Assembly (NCBI GenBank): GCA_004431415.1
Contig: QPMI01000428.1
Coordinates: 434,001 to 498,000 of the forward strand
Reading direction: 5' to 3'
From: Cyanophora paradoxa CCMP329
Taxonomy: Eukaryota; Plantae; Glaucophyta
DNA: 64,000 nucleotides
The notes beneath the pieces are model-generated. The model did not search any database. It saw only the letters and a program-made list of their open reading frames with translations, and had not been told where the DNA came from. A program made the position numbers and the translations under genes. This document shows positions 39,789 through 49,711 of the stretch, piece after piece (position 1 is the stretch's first letter; each line of letters opens with the position of its first letter).

Positions 39789-39822
39789 CAGCTAGCTAAC
39801 AGCTAACAGCTAACAGCTAACA
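39789..39822. repeat. Heptamer microsatellite (GCTAACA)n
   Basis: cagctagctaacagctaacagctaacagctaaca; a further copy near 39850. Confidence 0.8.
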
Positions 39823-40189
39823 TCAGAACCCATGCCATGATGCATGCTAGCTAACAGCTGGCGAACCCGCGCGGCACGCCATGGCCAGTATGCGATCGAG
39901 CCTGCCATATGCATCGCGGGGCGGCTTCTAGCACCGACTCGGCGAGTCAACCCGCGGGCCGGCCGGCCGCTGCCGCGCGCTACGGCAGCTGCGCATGCAG
40001 CCGCGCGCGCGCGCGCGCTAGACCGGCAGCGAGCTCGAGGCAGGCGCTGGCGCGCGGCATGCGATCTAGATCTAGATCTAGCGATAGCGAGGGCGCTATG
40101 TAGATGGCAACAAGCTCAGCTGCATGCGCAGCGCGGGACGTCGACGGACGCGCGGCGGCCGCGGCCGCGCGCGACCGCACGGGACTGAG

Positions 40190-41045
40190 CCTCGGAGGCG
40201 TGGCGGCCCTGGCGGGCGGCGGCGCGGCTCGCCGGGCGGGGCGGAGGCGCGCGGGGCGGAGGCGCGACTCGCCGGGCGGGGCGGAGGCGCGGCGGGCGGC
40301 GGCGCGGCTTAACGGGCGGGGCGGAGGCGCGCGGGGCGGCGGATCGGCTCTCCAGGCGTGGTAAAGGCGCGACCGGCGGCGGCGCGGCTCACCGGGCGGG
40401 CGGAGGCGCGCGGGGCGGCGGATCGGCTCTCCAGGCGTGGTGAAGGCGCGACCGGCGGCGGCGCGGCTCACCGGGCGGGGCGGAGGCGCGCGGGGCGGCG
40501 GATCGGCACTCCAGGCGTGGCGAAGGCGCGGCGGGCGGCGGCGCGGCTCACCGGGCGGGGCGAAGGCGCGGCGAGCCGCGGCGCGGCTCCCCGGGCGGGG
40601 CGGAGGCGCGGCGGGCGGCGGCGCGGCTCGCCGGGCGGGGCGGCGGGGCGGGGCGGCGGGGCGGCGGAGTGGGGCGGCGGGGCGGCGGAGCGGGGCGGCG
40701 GCGCCGCGGCGCGGCTCGACGGGCGGGGCGGACGCGCGGCGGGTGGCGGCGCGGCTCGCCGGGCGGGGCGGCGGGGCGGCGGAGCAGGGCGGCGGGGCTG
40801 CGGGGCGGGGCGGCGGGGCGGAGGCGCGGCGGGCGGCGGCGCGGCTCGCCTGGCGGGGCGGCGGGGCTGGGCGGCGGGGCGGCGGCACGGCTCGCCAGAC
40901 GGGGCGGCGGGGCGGCGGGGCGGAGGCGCGCCGGGCGGCAGCGCGGCTCGCTGGGCGCCGGCGGGGCCGCCCGGGGCCAAGCCGCGGCGGCGGAGCGGGG
41001 CGGCGGGGCGGCGGTGCGGCTCGATGGGCGGGGCGGACGCACGGC
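40190..41045. repeat. G-skewed GC-rich minisatellite between the PMT copies (about 40-bp subunits; three 80-bp units at 40321-40560)
   Basis: Unit cggaggcgcgcggggcggcggatcggctctccaggcgtggtgaaggcgcgaccggcggcggcgcggctcaccgggcggg repeated three times, then decaying. Confidence 0.85.
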
Positions 41046-41652
41046 TTAAGTTTCTTCTGCCATTTAGATTTCGCTGCTGCGATAGCGAGCTAATGATCAT
41101 GCATATGATCATGATCGAAGTCTGGCCGACCCAGGCCAACGCCGAGAGAGCGCTAGCTGCAACCTGCAAATGCTGGGTTTGTTGATTTAGCCCCCGGCCA
41201 CCTTGCACATCCTGATCGTGAGACGAGCAGGGGGCGGGGGCGGGAATTCACGCATTGAATTCGAATATCTACATCATGACATGGAAAATTAATCTGTACG
41301 TGGGCCCAAGTATTCGCATGACAGCCTGCAGGCGGATCCCGGAAGTTGAGCTGCTGATCATGAAGGGCCTACAAGTATACGTAGGCTACAACTGGCCGCT
41401 TTCAATGGCTCTCTCGGTAGCGTGGAAAAACGGACTCGGAAACTTGAAAAACGGACTTCCGATCGAGGGAGAGAACGGACGGGAAACTCTTGTGTTAGAA
41501 TGATTAGTGCTGGAATAATAGTCCTTGTTGTAATAATAATGAGAAAATTCTTGTGTTACAGTAAATGATGTTCGAATAGCTCCGATTGTGTACGAATAGC
41601 TATAGCTAGAGTCATAAATGAAATGACGTATGCACGCTTAGGCAAGTCATGA

Positions 41653-43988
41653 TCAGCGCCAGCCGCTGAGCCAGATGCGGGCCTCGTACTGGGCCTTGGT
41701 GAGGGGCAGGGCGTAGACGAAGGGCGCCCAGTACACGTAGGCGGCGAAAATGACGGCGAGGAGGGCGGCCGCGACGGCCTTCAGGAGGCGGGGGCGGCCC
41801 CCGAAGACGCGCTCCAGCAGCACGGCGCTCATGTAGATCGCGCAGAGCAGCGCCGGGAAGTAGTGGTAGAGAAATTTCGATCGCGAGATCGATACGTAGC
41901 TGCGCGGGAGGGTGGGCTGGGGTCAGAGAGGGCGAGTGCCGGGGAAAGCAGGGCGGGGCGGGGCGGGCGGACGGGAGGAGGTTGAGTAGCCACTCCATAA
42001 AGAGGAAGGCGGTGAGGGAGAGGTAGCGCTGCGAGGCCGCCGAGAAGGGGACCTCGAAGAGCAGCATCGCCCCGCCCACCACCAGCGAGATCGCTGGCTT
42101 TCGCTCTAAGCGGACGCCGGCGGGGCGGAGCGGGGCGGGAGTGGGGGCACCGACGAGGATTGAGGTGCCCCACCAGACGGCGGGGTTGCCGAGGAGGTAG
42201 ATGCGCGGGAAGAACTCCTCGCGGGTCTTCGGGTGCTTCCGGGGCGGGTTCGACTGCTCCTGCCAGTAGAGGATACCGCGCTTGTTCAGCGGCCACGACC
42301 ACCACTCGGACTGCCACGTGTGCGGGTTCTTGATGCCCGAGTTCGTCGCGTACATCGTCCGCGTCATCTCCCACGTCTTCTGCAGGAAGGTGATCGGCTT
42401 CGCGGCCGCCCGCTCTTCCGGCGTAAGGCTCCCCTGCCGCCGCGCGCCCCGCCCCGTCAGGGGACAGGAAGGCCGCGGCCTGGCGGGGCGGGGCGGGGCG
42501 AGCCTCGAGGGTGGCGCGGAAGGCAGGAGTCATGAACTTGTCCCCGGGGCCCGAGAGCGGCAGCATGCGGAAGTGGAGCCACTGCGCCGGCGTCAGGCGG
42601 CGGCGGCGCGGGGCGCGGGGCGCGGGGCGGCCGGGCGGGGCGCGCCTGGAAGTAGACGTAGACGAGGACGGGAACGGCGGCGAGGAAGAGAGCGCGCGTG
42701 AGGAGGTCCCCGAAAAGTCGCGGGAGGGAGCCCCGTCCGCGCTTGGCCCGCAGGTTGTACAGCGTCTGCGCGGCGGCGGCGGCGGCGGCGGTTCACGATC
42801 AGACTCGGCGCTAGACGTCTCGCAGCCAAGTGGGCGCGAGGGCTCCGCGTGGGCCGCCCCGCAAGCAGACACGGCGCGCGCGGGGGGGCTCACCGCGACG
42901 ACGTGGTGGACCCCGATGGCGCCCACGGCGGCGAGGGCGGTCCACTTGACGCTCGCCGCGAGGCCTGCCGAGACGCCCGTCGCGACCAGCCAGAAGTAGT
43001 AGCCCCGCGAGAAGAGGCGCCTGTCGTCCTGCGTGTAGCTGTGCAGGCTGCGCCGGCGGGCGCCTCAGCGGCCAGCGAGGGCGGGGCGCGCGGGGCGCAC
43101 CAGAACGAGCAGAGCATGGCGAGCGTGATGAAGAAGAACAGGAAGCTGTCGATGAGGATGAGGCGGGACTGGACGAGCAGCGCCGTGTCGAACACGATCA
43201 TGCACGCCGCCAGGAACGACGCCGTCAGGGACGCGCCCAGCTGCCGCGCCGTGAAGAACACCAGCGGGCACGTCAGCGCGCTCGCGCTGCCGCGCGGGAA
43301 GCGGGTCAGGCTTTCAAGCAGGGGTCGAGGGAGAGGGAGCCGCCGCCGCATGCGCACAACGCTGGCGCCCCGCGGAGGAGCATGTACGGGACGTGTTGCC
43401 CGTCCGCGTACTTGTCTCTGATGCTCTTGAACTCGAAGTCCCCCCGGTACTCCTTGCTGAAGCCCGCGGCCCACGCCAGAATCATCTTTCCCAGCGGCTG
43501 CGGGCGTGCGTTCGTCGGCGCGGACCTCGCTCGGCCCGACCTCCCTCGCTCACCGGATGGATGTCGAAGAAGAACTTGCCCGTGAGATAGCCGTTCGCGA
43601 ACTTGCCGAAGTGCACCTGCAGGTCCCGCGCGCGGCATGAGATGTCGTATGTGGCGGGAAGCGGCGCGCCGGCGGCGTGACGGGCCTCGTCGAAGACGAC
43701 CTCCGGCGGGTTCGAGAGCATCCAGAAGCGGGTCGCGAACGCGAGAATGCAGATGATGAGGACGAGTCCGAGCGAGTTGTCCTTCGAGCTCGCCCACGTC
43801 TGGTCCCACGTCGCGACCAGCAGCGGGCCCGCCTGCTTCTTCGTGTCCTCCGCGTCCTCTAGCTCCGCGTCGATAGCGCGGGAAGCTGCGCCCGACGGCC
43901 TCGACGCCGCCGGCTCCTGCTTCCGCCGGCGAACCTCGGAAGTCGCGATATGCGAGCAACGCGGGCACGCCGCTGCATGCCCTGCCAT
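41653..43988 (-). CDS. Protein O-mannosyltransferase (PMT/GT39), copy B, tandem paralogue lacking MIR domains
   Basis: Same exon structure and motifs as copy A, with near-identical 5' exons; ends RIWLSGWR*. The duplicated unit includes the 3' UTR (cttgtgttaca...gctatagctagagtcataaatgaaa at ~37158 and ~41550). Confidence 0.93.
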
Positions 43989-44405
43989 TTCCGCTAAGCA
44001 GCGGGACACTCCTGGGCCGTCCTGGCTGACCCCGCTCACCAGCCGCACACCGCTACCCCCCGTACCCGCTGCACATGCAAGCTCGCACGAGCCTCGAGCT
44101 CGGGGCTCTTGACCGCCGAATTCGAACAGCTCAAACTTGAGCTCGAGCTCAAGCCGCCGCTGGCTATCTGTTGGGCTTGAGGGTGGAGGGGTACGAAAGA
44201 CCAGGCGGGCGGGCGGCGGGCGCGGCAGCTAGCGCTCGCGCGGCGGCTCACGGCGGCTCGCGCGGCATGCTCTCGCGCGCCGGGCTGGAGCCGATCCAAG
44301 GCCAGGGCCAGCAGGTCGGCGCCCGGCGAATTAAAGCGCAGAATTCAAATTAAAGCTTATAATTAAGGCGGCCGGCAGACAGAGAGGAGGGCGCGCGGCC
44401 GGACT

Positions 44406-46480
44406 CTAGAACTCGAGGGCGCCCCGCAGGACGGGCCGCAGGGCCGCCGCCACTCGCTCCACGACGCCCTCCCCCAGCGCCGCCGCCGCCCGCCCCGCCG
44501 CCCGGCCCCGCCTGAGGGGGCCGCCCTCAGAAAAGGGGAGCGAGAGGCGGGCGCGGGCGGGCGCCGGCGCCGGCGCGCCTCTGTGCCTCGGCGGGGTCCG
44601 ACAGGAGAGAGGCGAGCGCCGTCTGGAGTTCCCCCTCGCTCGCGACCTGCGCGCGGGCGCCGGCGCCGCCCGCTGGAAGCTTGAGAGAGGGGTACGAGAG
44701 GGGAGTGGCGAGAGGCGCAGGCCGCACGGTCCAAAGGGCGTCGGGTTCGATTCCGGCCAGGTCCGAAGCAACGCCCGCGAAGTTCTCCGTGTGAGGGCCC
44801 TGCGCGAAGCGGCGAGGTCGGGGGTACTACGTGGATCCGTGCACGGCGAGGCGGGGGTACAGACCTGCAGGACGGCGCAGGAGGCGGCGGCGGGCTCGAG
44901 GAAATTGTGGCCCCCGATCCCTGGGTACAGCGATCCGCCCACGAAGCAGGCGGGCACGCAAGCGTAGAACGCGGGGAGCTCGCCTGTACCCCCCACCGCC
45001 GGCCTCGGCGGAGGGCTGAAAGAAGAAAGCGGGCAGGAGGGGTACCGAGCGTGTCGACGATGTAGACGGCTGTACCCGGGAGGAGGGGCTCGCCGAGGGA
45101 TCGCCGGGCGGAGCGGAGGCCCCGGGTGGCGGCGAGGGCGGCGGCGGCGGCCCCCCGCTCCGGGTGCCGGGGGGCGAGGATCGTAAGGAGGCCGGGGTAC
45201 GTCGAAGCCAGCGCCGCGTGCGCCCCCAGCGCCGCTGTTTGCGCGCTCGCGTCGGGGGTACAGCGAAATATGCGGGCGGGGGGGGGGGGGGGGGGGGAGG
45301 CAAGGCGGGGGCACGCACCCTCCTCCTCGCCCTCGTGCGTGCTGGCCGCGAGCCAGGCGGGCCTACCCCCGATCGCCTCCCGCAGCGCGGTGCACTCTAG
45401 AGAGTTCGGGTCGGTCCGGCGCGACGCTGCCGTGGGTCAGAGGCGAGCGACGGGGGGTGGGAGGGCAGCAGGAAGGGGGTACCCGATTTTAGGTTGCCGA
45501 GGAAGGCGGGGGAGGGGGCGCCGAGGGCGGAGAAGCGAGCCCGGTCGGCGTCGGACTGGCAGAGGACGAGGCGGAAGCAGCGGGCGAGGAGGTATCGGGC
45601 GACGCCGCGCGCCGGCGCCGCGCGCGCCCAGCGGCCCTCCGACCGCCGCGACATGCGCGCGTTCACAAGCGCCAGCGGCACCTGATGCCGGCTGAGCTCG
45701 GACGGGGAAGGAGAGGGGTACGCGAATGCGCACGCCGCGGAGGTCCGCGGCGCGGCGGACGAGGTTGGGCCACAGCTCGGATTCGAAGAAGAGCCCCACT
45801 GTGGGCCGCCAGCGATCCAGGAACCGATCGATGGAAGGCGGGTGATCCAGCGGAGCCATCTGAGCGACGGTTGCTGAGGCGGGGCGCGGGCCGGGGAGCG
45901 GAGAGCGGGCCGGGGCTGACCTGGCAGCGGAATCGGGGGCCGTCGCGGCGCCGCATGAGAGCGTAGGCGCCGGCCGTGCCGACTGTTAGGAGAAAGAACG
46001 CCTCCGGATACTCGCCCTCCAGACGCGAGAGCAGCGGCAGCGTCGAGAGCGCCTCGCCTGGCGCGCGCAAGTGCCGGCTCAATGCGAGCGGCCGGTCGGC
46101 CGTGCGAGCCGGCTAGCTTACCGACGGAGACCGCGTGCAGCCACACCGTCCTGCGCGAGCCGTCGGTCCCGGCGGACGAGCCGCGGCCCCACTTCTGCGC
46201 CTCGGCCTCCGCCGCGTCCGCATCGCCGAGCCCGTGCTCCCGCAGCTGCCTCCGGAGCCGCTGCAGGAACAAGGCCGAGTAGAGAGACGGCAGCAGGTGC
46301 GTGGTCGCGCGCTCGTACGCCTGCAGGGCCCAGGGCGCTGCCGGCGGGCCTGGCAACCGGACATCGGCCGCCTGGAGCGCGCGGGCCGCGAGGGCGCGTA
46401 CCGACGTGTGAGGAGGTGGTCAGCAACCTGCGAGAGAGCAGCAGCGCTGCCGCGCCGCCGGCGACGACCGTCCACCGCAT
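44406..46480 (-). CDS. waaA: 3-deoxy-D-manno-octulosonic acid (Kdo) transferase, GT30, with organellar transit-like N-terminus; multi-exon
   Basis: TVWLHAVSVG|E, APLDHPPSIDRFLDRWRPTVGLFFESELWPNL, VPLALVNARMS, LVLCQSDADRARFSALGA, GNLK, ASTHEGEE, GELPAFYA...FVGGSLYPGIGGHNFLEPAA. N-terminus MRWTVVAGGAAALLLSRRLLTTSS is Arg/Ser-rich with no acidic residues. Confidence 0.93.
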
Positions 46481-46541
46481 GTTTTGGGGTACGCGGTCAA
46501 TTAACGCGGGCGCTCCAACGACAAGGCAACGGCTCAGCGGG

Positions 46542-49146
46542 ATGTCGGCTGGGCTCAGTAGGGCGAGTTCATCGACTCAGGTGGGCCCCAGGCCCTCCTC
46601 CCGACAGGCCAGCAAGGTCCGGCTCCAAACGTCTCCCCGCGGCCCTGCCACGCTCTCACACCCAAGCACCGTGCAGCTCTCGGTGAACACGAGCTTGAAC
46701 CGCACAAAGAGCGCCGCCAGCGTCCGAACGCTGAACCTTTCTGGTCTGCGGCGCTGCTTCCCCGTGCCGATCTGGCGGCCCGCGCTGAGCGCCCCCGCGC
46801 GCAGGCTCGGTTTTGAACCTTAACTCTAGCTGTGCGCACGCTCCCTGCCGCGCCGGCTGGGGCATGCTAATTCCTGCGCAGTCATCACTTCGGTGGCCGC
46901 CACGACGCCCAAAACGCCGCAGGACCGCCAGAGCGATAGCAGGCAGAACGAAAGCCGCCAGCTGCGCAGCTCTAGCAGCATGGGTGCGTGCCGCCGCGCC
47001 GGCGCCCGGGCGGCGCCCCGCCCCGCTCGATCGACCCCTGCTGAGCGCCCGCCCGGGCCCCGCAGCAGCGGCGTCCTCGAGCAGCAAGCACCCATTCGAT
47101 CACAGGCTCTACAAAGAGGTGCGCCGCGCGCCGATCTTCCGCGCTTTAGAGGCGACGCCCTCCGCTAGCCCTCTCCCTCTCCCTATCCCCGACCCCCCGG
47201 GCCCTGACGGCGCCGCAGGTGATGGAGGTAAGGCAGACGGCCCCCTGCGCTCACACCGAGAGAGCCGACTCGCCTCGAGCTAACGCGCGCCTCGCCCGCC
47301 CGCCCGCCCCCCGGCGCAGCTGAAGAGGATATTCGACCAGTATATGTGCGCCGCGGGCCCAGACGTACCGATACAGACGCAGTGCCTCCCGCCGCTTCCG
47401 CCCCCGCACCGGACCGCCCAATCCAGACCAATCCAGCCCATCCTTCTTTGAGCTAAGCTAGCTGAGGGAACAGCCGCCCCGATCTGCGCCGTCCCACCCA
47501 TACGTCCCGCCACACCCCGCCCCGCCCCGCCCCGCCCCGATCCGCGCCGCCCCGCCCCGCCAAGCCTTCTCCCTGCCTAAGCTAACCCGCCGTACCCCGC
47601 CGACATGCCCCGCCCACGCGCCCACGCCCACGCCCCGCCTTGCCTTGACGCCACGCGCCGCTGCGCGCCCACCGCCGCTCCAAGTTTTCGCCCCCACCTC
47701 ACCTCCTCCTCCCCCCCCCCTCCCCATACGCCCCGCACCGCCCCGCACCACCGCCGCTCCACGCTTTCGCCCTCCCACGTCCCGCCCACGCCCACGCCCG
47801 CGCCCCGCCCCGCCCTGACGCCGCGCGCCGCCGCGCGCCTCACCCCCCTCACCCCCCCCTCCTCACCCCCTCACCCTGACACCTCCCTCCTCCTCACCCC
47901 CCTCCCCATACGCCCGGCCCCGCCCTGACGCCGCGCCCCTCGCCTCGCCCCTCGCCGCAGCCACGGGAAGACGGGCCTGCTGACACCCGAGTCCTTCGCC
48001 CAGTCCCTCGCCCGCTGGGCCCCCCACCTCGCACCCCAGGCACGCCCCGCCCCGCCCCGCCCCGCCCGGCCTTGGATCTATACTTCATACCCCTCCGAGA
48101 CCCCTCGCCTGATTCTGGGGCCCTCGCCCTGCCGCCGCCCCGCAGGCCGTCACCATGTTCGACGCCCTTGGTCCGTACCACCGCCCGCCCGCCCGCCGCC
48201 GCACCCCCAGATCTGAACTCGGCACCCCATCTCCTCCCCCACCAGACCACTACGGGGACGGGTACGTCACGTTTCGCGAGTTCCTTGCGGAGATGCATCC
48301 CACGGCGACGGACCGCGAGCTCGACCGTATGCTCGACTACATCGTGCGATTGATTGGATTCAGTCCGATTGAGTTTGATTTCGACTTGATGCGATCCGTC
48401 GCGCAGTACCCCCCTCCGGCGCCGCCGCCCAAACCGCAGCCGAGCGAGGTGCACGCGTACCCTCCCCCCTCACCCCTTCCCGGGGTACGCCCGCGTTCGA
48501 GCCCTACCCCAGGAGCAAATGGACGAGGTGCGGGCGATCTTCGACGTGTACAACAAGAGCAAGACGGGGTGCGGACCGCGTACCCCCTTTCCCCTCCCAT
48601 CCCCGGCGACGTCTAAGATCCCGTACCCCGCGCAGCTACATTACATTCCAAGAATTTAGGGAGGCGGCGGGTGACCTGATGAGCGACGAGGAGGTGCGTG
48701 GGGGTACCGTTGCCTCCAATCGCGTATCCACCTTGACCGTCCCGGGGGGGGGGTACAGGCGAGGGAGGCTTTCCTGAAGCACGCGCGGCCGAGCCCGCCG
48801 AACCCAGTCTCTGCGCGGGGGCCCCTCACCGACCGGCGCGAGCGGTACTGTGCGCGCGCGCCGGCCACGTTCCGGGCGGGGTACGCAATTCCCGGTTCTT
48901 ATGGGGGGTACAGCGCTGGATTTCCAGGGGGATATCCCGGCGCGGGACGTGGAGGCGGCGAAGAAGAGTAACCCCCCGGGGGGCGAATCCGGGCTCGACA
49001 ACCTCCGGATGGACTTCGACGACTTCTTCGCTTTCTTTGAGGTGAATTCTCTTTCATTTTATGAGTTTCAGGCGTCTTATACCTTACGGGGGGTACAGGA
49101 TTCGTACTTCTTGAGACTCAGCCTCTGGGGCGGCAAGGTACTCTAG
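46542..49146 (+). CDS. EF-hand calcium-binding protein with Ser/Arg-rich N-terminus, multi-exon
   Basis: LKRIFDQY, MFDAL|DHYGDGYVTFREFL, EQMDEVRAIFDVYNKSKTG|YITFQEFREA, MDFDDFFAFFE|DSYFLRLSLWGGKVL*. Start codon tentative. Confidence 0.78.
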
Positions 49147-49711
49147 ATCTAGCGTCGGGGGGGCGGCCCCGCGCGTCCGCCTCATTATCGATTAATTATT
49201 GTAACAAACAAGCAAGCACTGATTCGTAGCTATATAGCGCTGTGTCGAGCCTGCATTCTCGCTAGAATGCGCCTGGTTAGCTTCGCTGCAATTAGACCCG
49301 ACCGCGCCGCCTTCCGAAGTTCCCCTCCAAGCCTGGAAGCTTAGAGCTCAGCATCGCAATTGATGCGTACGAGAACAAAAGTCGCTATCCTGATTACTAG
49401 CTATAGTTAATAGCTAACAACGCCATGCATATGGCCATGGCCGCCAGAGCTAGTTGACCCAGGCGCCGGCCTAGCTATAGGGGCAGCTGCGGGATCTTCC
49501 AATTGCAAGCGCTAGCGGCCCCGGTCCCCGGCCCCGCCCGCCGCCTACCGGCACCCGGTGACCGCGGGCCGCGCGCGGCGCGCCCCGGGCCCGGCCGATA
49601 TCGATCAAAAGAATTTCATATAGGATTCCGAATATTCGAATATTGAATTTTTCGATCGGAGTCTGTACCCCAGAGATCGCCCATCGATCGGACCTCGACG
49701 CAGCGACGCGC

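Noticed and set aside
44406-46480. waaA as bacterial contamination
   Set aside because: Interrupted by host-style spliceosomal introns and embedded among eukaryotic genes.
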